Assembly: GCF_036365525.1 (NCBI RefSeq)
Contig: NC_090371.1
Span: forward strand, 117,752,388-117,816,387
Reading direction: 5' to 3'
DNA: 64,000 bases
Source: Heterodontus francisci
Taxonomy: Eukaryota
Positions within the stretch are counted from its first letter, which is position 1; each line of letters starts with the position of its first letter. Under the pieces are notes generated by a model. That model made no database searches. It saw nothing but the letters and a program-made list of their open reading frames with translations, and was not told the DNA's origin. Positions 13,131 through 27,139 of this stretch are shown in pieces. A program made the position numbers and the translations under genes.

Positions 13131-14116
13131 ATATCATTAATAATCTTATGCCTGCACAAATTTCCTAACTAGATAACCATACTTGCAATATTTTTATCAC
13201 ACTTTTGTGCTAACTTTTTCTAAAAGAAATTTCTATCTGCACATTTATAACTGAAAAAGGTCATTACCAACTTGGTGTGATTTTTACTAATACATTCTGG
13301 TCCCTGGATGGCTCTGTGCACTAAACTGGATTCTCCAAGCTCAGATGCCATTTTGATTTCTATACAGATAAGTTTGTAAAATTAGCTTTCTTCCCAATGT
13401 AAATTTTTATTTATTAATTTCTTAAACATCTGTTTAAATAGTTAAATAGTTAGCACTATTTCCCCCTTCCAAGCCTCCTGTTGGCATTGATCACTAACTC
13501 TGTTTGAAAGCAAACAAGATCTAAGGTCTGTACCTTTATACAACTCAGTGGGGAAAGAAGCATGTTGAGTTCCTACCTTATATGAGTTAGCACCTTATCA
13601 ATACTATCCTTTCATCACCAATAATATTTATCCTACTTTATATTTGGATTTCCTGTAGCATATGTAACTGTGCTCATAACTACCTGAAGTGGGGCTGGTG
13701 ACAGTTGATGCTCAAGAGTGTTGTGCTGTTTGTGTGTGGCTGCTGGTTCACTAGGTTCTTGCTTTCTGAAGACAGCTGACAGTACATTATGAGTACATAA
13801 ACAATGTGTATAGACATTTTGATATAACATATACAAATGGCAGAATATCTCATTAAAATGGTGCTTATTAATATTTCTATTCTCTCCTCCAATGTTAACA
13901 GGCCCAATGTCTCCCAAACTCTCCTTAGCAATCAAGTCCAACATTGTTTGTTCATGTATGTCAATATCTCAGAGCAAAGTGGTTATTACCTGTTACACAA
14001 TTTGCCTCTATTTTACATTAACATGTCCTGTTTCTCATACCTTGCTTCACGTATTACCTTCGTGCTCTTCTTTACAAGATGCACTTTTCCCAGCTCCTCT
14101 CAGCTGAAGAGGTAAT

Positions 14117-14850
14117 GGCCCAAAATTTGCTGAAAGAAAAATGGTGTGTTAATGTGCAAATCAGCCAGCAACTTGTAGCGATGAAGAGATACCCCGTGAA
14201 TCGCCACACATTGCTGGCTGATTTTCACCAATCTGCCATTAGCTTCGTGAAAATGGCATCTCGCAATAATTTATCTGTGATTTTCATGAAGTTGTTGCAT
14301 TTGCACATTAAATGCCCATTAAGCTAACCACAGAAAGTTAAAAGTAATATTTAATAGCATAAGCACGCTGTTAATAATTTGATAATTGTTAATGATTGCC
14401 AAACAACCTCTCTTGCACAGCAAATGAACAATTAAAAGTGTGATATCTTATTCCTTCAGGTTATAAGTGAATTGTCATTGAAGCTTTCAAAAACATCACA
14501 TTTTAAAATATTGATTTTTTTTAATACTGTCTCTTGTCTTTCTCTCTCTGCATTCACTCTTTCCTTCCTTCTCTTCATTTCCCATTCTGTATCTGATTTG
14601 ACATTGAATTCACCCACTCTAGTTTACTCTCCTTCTCAGCCATTCCTTTATTTGTTTGTGCTGTTGTTCACCGAAGTCCTACATATGCTCTTTTTTTCCG
14701 GCTGGCTCAGACATGGTGGGCCAAGTGGCCTCTTTCTGTGCTGTAAACTTGCTATGATTCTATGCTGTTGTCCTCTCATTTCCAGCAACTTTGTGGGAAA
14801 AAATTAACAGGGCATGCCATCAGCTGCCCCGCTCCAGAAAAAGTCTGAGC
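14117..14850. mobile_element. MITE-like non-autonomous DNA element containing a tiny CR1 tail (~14700-14765)
   Basis: Degenerate inverted ends ggcccaaaatttgctg / cagaaaaagtctgagcc; non-coding. Confidence 0.45.
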
Positions 14851-17179
14851 CAATATTAATGTTGGTTATTGTGCATTTCACATCTTTTCGTGATGGGGTT
14901 TGGTCTTCCCAAATATTTGCTCATTTCACTTAGATTTTTTTTTTATGTGTGTGGATATAGTCCATAACTATAACTGATGTCTCACTGCTGTCATTGAAAA
15001 GCTTTCGACCAATACAATGCACAACCATATTCTTACACTTTTTGAAATATCTAGGGGTCAAGAAGCTCATAAGCTGCTTCAGAAAAGATCATTTTCACAG
15101 GTGTGTTCTATTTGATTGCTACATTTTATTGCCATTAACCAAATCACAGTTCTCACAATTAGTGCTTAGAAATGCTGCTGCTCCTGTAATTTAATTAGCG
15201 TTTAATTAAGATGTTCAAAAACATATTTATTATTCATTTTCTTTGACGATAGGAATGTTGGCCCCCCAGATTTTGAATGCATAAACCCAGATGGCTATTT
15301 AGTTTTACCGTGTGGGTCTCCTTACTCTGACAATGAATGTCTACTGTAATTGCAGTCAGAAAAAAAACGGATTTTGTGTAACGATAATTAAACTTTTGCA
15401 TGGTAAAATCCTACTGAATTGCACCATTATTTATGCTGTCTGGAAACCATTTCTGGACTTTGATGTAACAGCAGCAAGAATAGAACGATTGTATTGGGCT
15501 GTGTTCAGGCTTTGTAAAAGTTACCAAGCTACTGTATTTGAGAGGTGGCTTAACATGCCATCAACCAAAGAAATTTCAGGATATATTACTCACTTTTGCT
15601 GCAAGGCAGCACATACCTGGAGTACATTTCATAAAACAGCGTGAGGAGGATCATGCATCTGTTATGCAGCCCGTCCAACTTTCCATCATTAAAATTAAAT
15701 TATCCATTATGAGTGTTTCCATTTGTAACAGTAGAATCCTGACTGGCATGGGACTGTACAACCATAGGCATTTATTGCACAGCAGGAGCCCTTTTGAATG
15801 CTTGGACCTGAGTCCGGTCCTTGCTAGAGCAATACAGAACCAATTCGCTCGCTTCACATACCCCATCGTGATCTCTATTGATGAATTTATGTTTCATTGT
15901 TAGCCGCAGTTTCAACAGCATGGCTGCTTCCAGAGGAGCAGAGATCCAACCAGAAGAGATGGTTTTCATTGGTGTCTCCAGTAGCAATAGTGCCAATGTA
16001 AATGCAGCCTCTGACTGTGGGCTGGGTGGTCAGGCCACTGATGCAGCATTGTCAGTCTGCATGTACCTTCCCCAGTTAGAAGAGAAAGGTGTGCAGCCTG
16101 GAGTAAAATTGCCTCTTTCAAACCACAGTGTGTGCAAAAGGTTGTTGGTCCATCATTTTTTGGCTATTGCTGCCAATGCTGTGGAATACATGCTGCATTG
16201 TAAATGGAAAGAATTCAACAGTAACGGCAGCCTATACTTAGATCAATTCTGTAACATAAACACAACATTGGTTTTTTGAAATTATGCTGTTAATATGATT
16301 TGTTCTTTTAGTAAGAAGTCTATATAACAAATGTTTGCAGGCCACTGACCACAAAATCCAAAAAATGATTTTCCGATGGCACTGTTTATTATTTTAAGCT
16401 GCCAAATTCACTCAAATATTAAGTTGAACTGAAGCACAAACCATTTCTCCATGGCCTGTTAGCCCGTTAAATTGTTTACTTAATTAAGTTGATCAGGAGC
16501 ATGAACTGCTTACGAAACTTGGAAATCTTTGAAATGATTTTTTCTCAGACTACAGGAGACTTAGAGAAATACAGAATTTTGAACAATTACTGGTTAGATC
16601 CTTCATAGTTTACAACCTGTGAGCTGAGATTAAGTTTTCCTTTTGGCACTCAGCCAACTTTGTACAATCGAATTGTTATTTCAGTGTACTCATTGCAAAA
16701 TAAATGATGAGTGACTGGAACATTTTATAAATCTCTCTTGACAATTTTCTGTTAAAGTCAAAAAGAAGTGTCCTTTGAGTTCTGATTAAGGAGATCGATA
16801 TAAATTCGTACGGCATATTTCATTACCAGACTGTGTTCTTAGATAATGAAATGTTTAAGCACAATTACAACATTTTTCTCAGCATAGTAAAGAGGAGAGA
16901 AACTGTAACCAATATTATCTGTGTCTCATTCATTCCTGCTACTATTAATCTGTTTAGATGTAAACAGCCTGAACGACCTTTATTTAACTGGAGGTGTATG
17001 AAACAAAATGCAGAAAGACATCATGGATAGATTTTCTGATTGGTACAACTCAATCTTTTCACATGAAGCAAGTATTAACAATCAGAGACTTGGTCAGAGA
17101 CTTGTCATGCTGAATCTCTTTACTTCCCATTTTTCCTCTTTTCCAATTTTGCACTAGAAATTGGAAGAAGTCAAGTTTT

Positions 17180-19385
17180 TATGTATACCTCAAAAGTAGT
17201 AATCTCCAGATTACTCCCAGTACCCCACACATAAGTGAATATAGAAATAGGAGGATAGTGCAGTTGAATGTGTGACTGGAAAGATGGTGCAGGAGGGAGG
17301 GCTTCAGATTGCTACGACATTGGGACCGATTCTGGAGAAGGTGGGACCTGTACAGGCTGGATGGTTGCACCTGAACAGAGCTGGGACAAATTTCCTTGCT
17401 GTGAGATTAGCTAGTGCTATTGGGGAGGGTTTAAACTAATTTGACAGTGGTGTGGGAACCAGGAGCAAGTATTAGGAATGCCAAGGTGCACAGAATACTG
17501 GGAGAGAGAGATAGTACTAGACTAGAGAATAGTAAGTTATTAGTTGGGGTCAGAGTAAGGGAGAAAGTAATAAAGTCTAAATCAGGGTTAATGTGCATTT
17601 ATGTGAATGCACGGAGTGTTGTTAAGAAGATTGTTGAGTTACAGGCAGAGATTGACAAGTGGAAATATGATGGTGTGGCTATTACAGAGACCTGGCTCAT
17701 AGAAGGTCAAGACTGGGTATTGAATATTCCTGGATACTAGGTGTTCAGGAAAGATAGGAATGGGAAAAAGGGGGAGGGGTGGCAGTATTGATTAAGGAGA
17801 GCATTGCAGTGCTGGAGAGAATGGATGTCCCGAGGGGTCGAGGACAGAATCAATTTGTATAGAGCTAAGGAGCAAAAAAGGTGCAGTTACATTGCTCGGT
17901 GTTGTCTACAGGCCACAAATGGAGGTGGAGGAACAAATTTGCAAAGAAATTACAGAGAGGTGCAAAGGTTATAGGGTAGTTATAATGGGGGAATTAATTA
18001 TCCAAACAGAGTCTGGGATAGTAGTAGTACAAAAGGCAGTGAGGGCCGAGAGTTTCTAGCATGTGTTCAGGAAAATTTGACAGCAGTATGTTTCTAGTCC
18101 AATGAGAACGGAGGTACTGCTAGACCTGGTTCTTGGGAATGAGGTGGACCAAGTGGATCAAGTATCAGTAGGAGATCATTTAGGGGATAGTGATGATTGT
18201 ATCATAAGGTTTAAGCTGATGATGAAAAAGGACAAAGAACAATCCAGAGTAAGAATAATTAACTGGGGGAAAGTTAACTTCAATTGGTTAAGAAAGGAGC
18301 TAGAGCAAACAAATTGGAGTCAAATGTTGGCAGGGAAAATGGTAGCTGAACAATGGGCTACCTTCAAAGAAGAGATAGTTCAGGCACAGTCAGGGTATGT
18401 TCCCTTGAAGGGGAAAGGTAGGATAAACAAATCCAGAGTACCCTGGATGAGAAAAGAGGTAGAGATTAAGATAAAGAAGAAAAAGTTTGCTTATGACAGA
18501 TGCCAGGTAGAAAATATTATTGAGAACCTGGTCCAGAGGGGAAGGGAAAAAACAAATAAGAGAAGCAAGAGAGAGCATGAAAAGAGACTGGCAACTAACA
18601 TTAAAGGGAATCCCAAAGTTTTTTACAGACATATAAATAGTAAAATGGTGCTAATAGGAGAGGTTGGGCCGATCAAGGACTATAAAGGGGATTTACACAT
18701 GCAGGCAGAGGGCATAGCTGAGATATTAAATGAATACGTTGCATCTGTCTTTATCAAGGAAGAAGATGAAATCCAGGCAATGCTAAAACAGGAGGTAATT
18801 CAGACAGTAGAAGGTTTTAAAATTGGTAAGGAGGATGTATTAGATAGACTGTCAGTTCTTAAAGTGATAAAACACCAGGACCGGATGAGATACATCCAAG
18901 GATAATGAGGGAAGTGAGGGTGAAAATCGCAGAGGAACTAGCCATAGTTTTTCAGTCTTCCTCAGACTTGGGGGTGGTACTAGAGGACTGGAGAATTGCA
19001 AACATAACACTGTTGTTCAAAAAGGGTGTAAAGATAAGCCTAGCAACTACAAGCCAGTCAGTTTAACTTCGGTGGTGGATGGGAAAATCATGTTTGACTA
19101 ACCTGCTGGAGTTTTTTGAGGAGGTAACAGAAGGGGTTGATGAGGACAATGCAGTTGATGTGGTGTACATGGACTTTCAAAAGGCGTTTGATACAGTGCC
19201 ACACAAGAGACTTGAGCAAAGTTATAGCTCATGGAATAAAAGAGATGGTCGCAACATGGATACAGAATTGGCTGAGTGACAGAAAACACAAAGTAGTGTT
19301 AAAAGGCTCTTTTTCGGGCTGGAGGTAGGTGTGTAGTGGAGTTCCCCAGAGGTCAGTGTTGGGACCCTTGCTTTACCTGATATAT
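17180..19385 (+). mobile_element. Decayed CR1 LINE: ORF1 esterase C-terminus, ORF2 endonuclease and partial RT; 3'-truncated
   Basis: KVVISRLLPVP..GFRLLRHWD (SGNH), YVNARSV..AITETWL (APE), LLDLVLGNE..GDSD, and VYMDFQKAFDTVPH. Confidence 0.9.
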
Positions 19386-19389
19386 ATGA

Positions 19390-20800
19390 CATCATGAGAT
19401 TTGCACACACTCTCCCATCATTTCCTCTGGTTTCGCCCTGTTTCCATTACCCACCTGTATTAACTGGGTGCACTGGGTTGCAAATGGCTGAGCTGTATAC
19501 TTGGAAATGTAGGAAGGTACAGTACCAGAAATGAGCATTGCAGTCCATTCAGCCCTCTCTGTGAATATCGAAGTAAATTTAAAGAGACCAGAGACCACTG
19601 CCAAATTTTCAGGCTATTTCTCACCTTTTTTGTCTTTTAGGTTTCAGGAATTTTTATGACAATTGCTGTGCTGCCTTCCCCACCCCCCACCCCCGTGCTT
19701 CAGTAGTGCTACTGTGGGTTTCCTGATGGAAATCCTCTATCGGAGGAAGAGGAGGACCAATGGAGAGATGTCAGGCTGGCCAGGCTGTACCAAAGATGAT
19801 CCCCATCAACCCATACATACCTTACACCAGAATCTATAGGCAGAAGTGCAAATATCTGCATTAGTCAGAGTGCCTGCAGATATTGTAATTTACAAGGGAT
19901 CATGCCTTGGGGCGGCGCAGTGGTTAGCACCGCAGCCTCACAGCTCCAGCGACCCAGGTTCAATTCTGGGTACTGCCTGTGTGGAGTTTGCAAGTTCTCC
20001 CTGTGTCTGCGTGGGTTTCCTCCGGGTGCTCCGGTTTCCTCCCACATGCCAAAGACTTGCAGGTTGATAGGTTAATTGGCCATTATAAATTGTCCCTAGT
20101 ATAGGTAGGTGGTAGGGAAATATAGGGACAGGTGGGGATGTGGTCGGAATATGGGATTAGTATAGGATTAGTATAAATGGGTGGTTGATGGTCGGCACAG
20201 ACTCGGTGGGCCGAAGGGCCTGTTTCAGTGCTGTATCTCTAAAAAAAAAAATGCCACATTTCCAATCAGACCTGCAGCCATACTCCTTTGCTACAATAGC
20301 ACTGCCAGTGGCTGTTAAGGTCACACCCATCCTTGGCCTTTATGTTTTGGGATCATTTCATGTTTGCACTGAAGACATCGCTGTGAGCCAATCAGCTGTG
20401 GACATGTATAAATCAAGTTACTGATGCTGTATTTGTCTGAACAAATAATTTCATCTCCCTCCCCATTGACAAATGACATAGGGTGAAAGGATTCTTGTAG
20501 ATCCAGCGGGTTATGTGACACTGCATACTCCCTTGCACAAATACCACTACCTACTGAAGAAAAGATTCTATTCCATCAATATTCAATTAGTTTTTGACCA
20601 TCAAAATCATGTTGGTCCCTGCTCACTTCCCAAACATCTATCGTTTTAAAGTAATGCATCATCCCACCAAGATTTGACCTACAAAGATATATTGAAGTGT
20701 GGCCTATGGGCAATCAAGACTCATGAAACCTCTGTGGAATCACAGGATTCTAGCTGAGCACAGGTATGAAGAGTTGGCAGCATCTATCAGAACAATCATT
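19390..20800 (+). mobile_element. Harbinger transposase (HARBI1-like) remnant
   Basis: 20250-20400 translates to QSDLQP..ALPVAVKVTPILGLYVLGSFH..EDIAVSQSAV, matching the N-terminal HTH region of Harbinger transposases. Boundaries are approximate. Confidence 0.6.
19908..20250 (+). mobile_element. HE1-type V-SINE
   Basis: Near-identical to the copies at 10146 and 35159; poly-A tail. Confidence 0.88.
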
Positions 20801-21074
20801 GGTACATTAAGGTAATGGTCCATGTGATTTCATATATCGTGGATAGTCTTGCAATGCAGCTCAGCTATTGTTTCAAGGATTGTCTTTCAGATGAAACCGA
20901 AGCCTGGTCTTCTCTATCAAGTGGATGTAAATGATCCCTTGGCACTGTTCGAAGAAGAGCAGGGGAATTCTCCCCAGTTTTTTGACCAATATTTATTGCT
21001 GAAATTATGTGGTCATTTATCTCATTGCTGTTTGTGGGACCTTATTGTGCATAAATTGGCTGCAGCTTTTCCCA

Positions 21075-22600
21075 ATTTTTCTTCCAATTAAATATTGGCT
21101 GAATCCATTGTTTTCCATCCCCACTGCAAACTCTATTCCCGACCTACTGACTCCATCCCTCTCCCTGGCAACAGTCTGAGATTAAGCCAGTCCATTTGTA
21201 ACCTCGGTGTCACATTTGACCCCGAGATGACCTTCTGAGCTCATATCACGCCATCACTAGGATTGCCTATCCTCAGCTCACCTGCTGCTGAAACCCTCAT
21301 TCCTGCCTTCGTTACCTCTAGACTTGACTATTCCAATGCACTCCTGGCTTGTCTCCCACATCCTACCCTTTTCAAGTTATCCAAAACTCTGCTGCCCAAC
21401 AAGTCCCGTTCACCTATCACTCCTGTGCTTACTGGCCTGTATTGGCTCTCGGTCAAGCAATGCCTTGATTTTAAAATTCTCATCTTTGTTTTCAAATCCC
21501 TTCATGGCCTCACCCCTCCCTATCTCTATAATCTCCTCCAGCCCCACAAACCTCCTGGATGTCTGCGCTTCTCTAATTCTGGCCTCTTGAGCATCTCTGA
21601 TTTTAAGTGCTCAACCATTGGTGGCCATGCCTTCAGTTGCCTAAGCCCTAAGCTCTGGAATTCCCTCCCTAAACCTTTCTGCCTCTCCACCACACTTTCC
21701 TCCTTTAAGGCACTCCTTAAAGCCTACCTCTTTGACCAAGCTTTTGATCATCTGACCTAATGAGCTGAATTTTATTAGCGCGCCACAAATCGCAGTGGTG
21801 CATTTTGAAGTTGGAGGCCTTCAGGCGTGGATGCGCCGCGGCTGAGCCCCCGCGATATTTCGCACAGGAGCTCATTTAGATGGAGAGAGCAGAATGCCCA
21901 CCCCCAATGACGTAGCGGCCGGCACCATTTTTAAAGGGCTTCAAGCCCTTTAGGAGCATTTGCATTTTTAAAGTGATAGAATGTTGGAAATTAAAGTACC
22001 ACATGTAATAACTCTCCTCACCCACCCCCCTAAGGAAGAATCAATTGATTAATTGGACATTTCCCCCCCCAAAAAAGAATCTTGCGCAGATCCAGAACTT
22101 CCCCCCCCGAACTTTAACAACTTTATGCCTTGATCCCTTCCCACCATCCCCCCCCCGACCAATCAAAAGAGTTTTCCCTGCTTTCCCCCCCACCCCTCAC
22201 TCCCACCCTGAAATTGTCACTCCTACCCCTTCCCCATGCCTCGGAACTCCGAATGGCATGGGACGGCCGCCAGGACAAGCTAAGTTGATCTGCATGTTTT
22301 AAAAATTAATTTTAATATTTAAATGAAGGCCCTGCCGCCAAGCGGTGGGGTGTCCGTACCGAGGCCTCACCACCGCCAGTAAAATGAAGTGGGGACTTCT
22401 CGGCTTCAGGGATCGTGGTGGGCCGCTCCCGTAAGTATTTTACGGGCCCCTCCCCTTCAACGTCTCGGGGCTGATAAAATTCAGCCCAATATCTCCTCAT
22501 GTGGCACAGTGTCAATTTTTGTTTTATAATACTACTGTGAAGCACCTTGGGACATTTTATTGCGATAAAGGCACTATACAAATATAAGTTGTTCTTCTGG
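21075..22600 (+). mobile_element. L2 LINE 3' end, interrupted by a MITE
   Basis: ORF 21263-21760 (AETLIPAFVTSRLDYSNALL..ITPVL..LYWL..DFKIL..GGHAFS..KLWNSLP). The L2 tail gtgaagcaccttgggacatttt..ggcactatacaaatataagttg follows the MITE. Confidence 0.88.
21762..22487. mobile_element. PIF/Harbinger-type MITE
   Basis: TIRs GAGCTGAATTTTAT / ATAAAATTCAGCCC; 3-bp TSD AAT. Confidence 0.85.
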
Positions 22601-23335
22601 TTGTTGTAACTTTTCCTATGTTACAACAGACCACACTTCAAAAGCACTTTATTGGCTGTAAAGCATTTTAGGATTTCTTGAGGTTGTTTAATGCGCTATA
22701 TAAATGCACATAGTTCTCTTTCCTTTGTTTGTTATTGTATGCTGAGTGCTCCACAATTTCACCTTGTCAAAGAGTCATCATCAGAGATTCCCTGAAGGAC
22801 AATAGCCCCTATGCACATCAAGGGAACCAATGAAGAGAAGCAGAAGAAGCTTGAAAAAGCTATGATGCAGAATCGGAAGGCTGTCACAAGAACTGTTGCA
22901 AGAGCACTCTCTGCACACAGCTTCAGCACAATCAGATTTTTCATGTCAAACCAAGCCAGATGTGAGCGCACTTCGTGTTTCTTATCACATAGGTTTTCCT
23001 TACTGACAATATGTGACACATGTACTTTTAGCCCTAGCTATGTGCTTCATCCAGATGCTATCCCAGTGATAGGAGTGCATGAATGAGTTGTCTGGCTGCT
23101 GGGATTGTTCTCCATAGAGTGGAGATGCTTGTGGGGGTGGGGGTGGAGGGGGGGGGGGGCTGGTGGCGGGAAGTACTCACAATTATGAAGGTTTTGATAG
23201 AACAAATAGGGAGAAACTAATTCCTCTGGCAATTGAGTAACCTTAGATCATAAATTTAAAATAATTAGAAAATGAGGGGAAATGAGGAGACATTTATTCA
23301 GCTAGAGGGTTGTTAAGATCTGGAGCACACTAAAA

Positions 23336-26106
23336 ATTGGGAGGGTGTTGCCCTGGGAGTCCTCAACATTGACTCCAGACCCCATGAAGTCTCATGGAAT
23401 CAGGTCAAACATGGGCAAGGAAACCTCTTGCTGATTACCACCGACCGCCCCCTCAGCTGATGAATCAGTACTCCTCCATGTTGAACAGCACTTGGAGGAA
23501 GCAAGGGCACAGAATGTACTCTGGGTGGGAGACTTCAATGTCCATCACCAAGAGTGGCTTAGTAGCATCACTACTGACTGAGCTGGCCGAGTCCTAAAGG
23601 AGATAGGATCTGCGGGAGGTGGTGAGGGAACCAACAAGAGAGAAAAATATACTTGACCTCATCCTCACCAGCATGCCTGCTGCAGATGCATCTGCGCATG
23701 ACAGTATTAGTAGGAGAGACCATCACACAGTCCTTGTGGAGACGAAGTCCTATACACTCCATTGTGTTGTGTGGCACTGCCACAGTGCTATATGGAATAG
23801 ATTTCAAACAGATCTAGCAACGCAAAACTGGGCATCCATGAGGCACTGTGGGCCATCAGCAGCAGCAGAATTGCACTCAACCACAACTTGTAATCTCATG
23901 GCCCATCATATCCCCCACTCTACCATTACCATCAGACCTGGGGACCAACCCTGGTTCAATGAAAAGTGCAGGAGGGCATGCCAGGAGCAGCACCAGGCAT
24001 ACCTCAAAATGAGGTATCAGCCTGGTGAAGCTACAACCCAGGAGTACTTGCATGCCAAACAGTGTAAGCAGCATGATCCCATAACCAATGGACCAGATCT
24101 AAGCTCTGCAGTCCTGCCACATCCAGTCGTGAATGATGGTGGACAATTAAACAACTAACTGGAGGAGGTGTCTCCACAAATATCCCCATCCTCAATGATG
24201 GGGGAGCCCAGCACATCAGGGCAAAAGATAAAGGTACCTGGACATGCACCTGAAGTGCTATAAGCTGCAAGGCTATGGACCAGGTGCCAGAAGGTGGGAT
24301 TAGATTGGCCAGCGAGTTTCTATTTTTCTTTTCTTCTTGGCCGGCATGGACATGACGGGCTGAATGACCTCCTTCTGTGCCGTAATTTTTATATGGTTCT
24401 ATAAGGCTGAAGCATTTGCAACAATCTTCAGACAGAATTGCCGACTGGATGATCCAACTCGGTCTTCTCCGGACATCCCCAGCATCACAGATGCCAGTCT
24501 TCAGCCAGTTCGATTCACTTCGCATGATATCAAGAAATGACTGAAGGCATTGGATACTGCAAAGTCTATGGGCCCTGACAACATTCCAGCAATAGTACTG
24601 AAGACCTGTGCTCCAGAACTTGCTGTGCTCCTATCCAAAGCTGTTCTAGTACACCCAAAACACTGGCATCTACCCGGCAATTTGGAAAATTGCCCAGGTA
24701 TGGCCTGTACACAAAAAGCAGGACAAGTCCAACCCGGCCAATTACCGCCCCATCAGTCTACTCTCGATCATCAGTAAAGTGATGGAAGGGGTCGTCAACA
24801 GTACTATCAAGCAGCACTTGCTCAGCAATAACCTGCTCACTGACGCTCAGTTTGGCTTCCGCCAGGGCCACTCAGCTCCTGACCTCATTACAGCCTTGGT
24901 TCAAACATGGATAAAAGAGCTGAACTCAAGAGGTGAGGTGAGTGTGACTGCCCTTGACATCAAGGCAGCATTTGACCAAGTATGGCACAAGGAGCCCTAG
25001 CAAAACTGGAGTCAATGGGAATCAGGGGGAAAACCCTCCGCTGGTTGGAGTCATACCTAGCACAAGAAAGATGGTTGTGGTTGTTGGACGTCAATCATCT
25101 CAGCTCCAGGACATCACTGCAGGAGTTCCTTGAGATAGTACCCTAAGCCCAACCATCTTCAGCTGTTTCAGCAATGATCTTCCTTCTATCATGAGGTCAG
25201 AAGTGGGGATGTTTGCTGATTGCACAATGTTCAGCACCATTCATGACTCCTCAAATACTGAAGCAGTCTGTGTAGAAATGCAGCAAGACCTGGATAATAT
25301 CCAGGCTTGGGCTGATAAGTGGCAAGCAACATTCGCACTACATAAGTGCCAGGCAATGACCATCTTCAACAAGTTAGAATCTAACCATCTCCCCTTGACA
25401 TTCAATGGCATTAGCATTGCTGAATCTCCCACTATCAACATCCTGGGGGTTACCATTGTCCGGAAACTGATTTGGACCAGCCATATAAATACTGTGGCTA
25501 CAAGAGCAGGTCAGAGGCTAGGAATCCTGTGGCGAGAAACTCACCTCCTGACTCCTCAAAGCATTTCCACCATCTACAAGGCACAAGTCAGGAGTGTCAT
25601 AGAATGCTTTCCACTTGCCTGGATGGGTGCAGCTCCAACAACACTCAAGAAGCTTGGCACGATCCAAGACAAGGCAGCCTGCTTGATTGGCACCCCTTTC
25701 ACAAACATTCACTCCCTCCACCATCAACGCACAGTGGCAGCAGTGTGCACCATCTACAAGATGCACTGCAGCAACGCACCAAGGCTCTTTAGACAACACT
25801 TTCCAAACCCATGACCTCTACCACCTAGAAGGACAAGGTCAGCAGATGCATGGGAACTCCATCACCTGCAAGTTCCTCTCCAAGCCACACACCATCCTGG
25901 CTTGGGAATTATATCGCCGTTCCTTCCCTGTTGCTGGGTCAAAATCCTAAAATTCCCTTCCTAACAGCACTGTGGGTGTACCTACCTCACATGAACTGGA
26001 GCAGTTCAAGAAGGCAGCTCACCACCACCTTCTCAAGGGCAATTAGGGATGGGCAATAAATGCTGGCCTAGCCAGCGATGCCCACATCCCATGAATGAAT
26101 TAAAAA
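23336..26106 (+). mobile_element. 5'-truncated CR1-clade LINE of a second family (APE + RT), inserted into an older CR1 3' fragment (~23170-23332 and ~26108-26280)
   Basis: PTREKNILDLILT, KSMGPDNIP, QFGFRQGHS, ALDIKAAFDQVWH and MFAD motifs. Tail gggcaataaatgctggcctagccagcgatgcccacatcccatgaatgaattaaaaaa. Confidence 0.88.
24231..24402 (+). mobile_element. Short CR1 3'-tail insertion nested in the LINE
   Basis: aggtacctggacatgcacctgaag...gggctgaatgacctccttctgtgccg...ggttct. The host LINE resumes at ataaggctgaagc. Confidence 0.7.
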
Positions 26107-26877
26107 ATGGTGGAATCAGATTCCACAGGAATTTTTAAAAAGTAATCTTAACTAATCTGTAGGTATATGGGGAAAAACAGGGGTGTGAGGCTAAGTTGGA
26201 CAGCTTTTTCAAAGTGCCAGCACAGGTGTGACAAGTCGAATGGCCTCCTTCTGTGCTTTCGGATTCCAGGATTTCTAATTGGTCAAATATTGTTACATAT
26301 TAAAGAATATTTCTTGATATATTTAGGAGTGGTAAACTGGTGCCGGTTTCTGAATACAACAAAAAATAAGTTAATTGCAAAAAAAAAAAATTTTTAATCA
26401 AAGTATCTCGTCCACCAGCTGTGATTAACTCAATTTTAAATAATTGAAAATTAATTTTTAAAATTATACAGGACCATGTATTTGTTTCATTGGTGTAAAG
26501 TAGTCAATTTCTGAATAAATTAAATATTTTTAATATTTAAAAGCTTTGCAAAGGTACCTATTAGTGTAAATGCACTTAAAAAAAGGCTTGATTTTAATAT
26601 CTTCCTCAAAGGCCCACAGATGGATGCAATTAGCATCAACCCGTCATGGTGAATAATTCAATCCAGGGATGTAGCCAGTTTTGTGGGTGAGTTGGGCTTC
26701 CAGTGTGATGTTTTTTAGACTAACTCAATTTCCGCTAGATGTAATTTACGCTTGAAATTCCTCGATACTTCTGCTGTGCTGATGAATTGCATTGAAACAA
26801 ACAGCCCAACCTAATGTAAACTCCAGGCCTATATTATGATAAGTATTATACATAATATTATAAAACAGTTATATGCA

Positions 26878-27139
26878 TGGTTGGCGGGCAGCCATAAAGG
26901 CGGGGCTAAAGTGTGGCAAGTCGAAGAGACTTAGCAATTGGCAGGAAAAAAGACAGAAGCGCAAGGGGAGAGCCAACTGTGTAACAGCCCCGACAAACAA
27001 ATTTTTCTGCAGCACCTGTGGAAGAGCCTGTCACTCTAGAATTGGCCTTTATAGCCACTCCAGGTGCTGCTCCACACAAGACTGACCACCTCCAGGCACT
27101 TACCCATTGTCTCTCGAGATAAGGAGGCCAAAGAAAAAA
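26878..27139 (+). mobile_element. RTE-clade LINE 3' end
   Basis: Translation WRAAIKAG..KRQKRK..FFCSTCGRACHSRIGLYSHSRCC is the RTE C-terminal C2H2 signature. A-rich end. 9-bp TSD TTATATGCA (26869-26877 / 27140-27148). Confidence 0.85.

Larger units (their letters stand above)
20870..22720 (+). mobile_element. Deu-type SINE split by an L2 insertion (pieces ~20870-21075 and ~22600-22720)
   Basis: Both pieces are collinear with the SINE at 2322-2790 (gatgtaaatgatcccttggcac...gctgcagcttttcc | tatgttacaacag..cacttcaaaag...gcgctatataaatgca). Confidence 0.6.

Noticed and set aside
22759-23086. Overlapping 86-aa and 91-aa ORFs in unique sequence
   Set aside because: No recognisable motifs and no convincing splice/start context.
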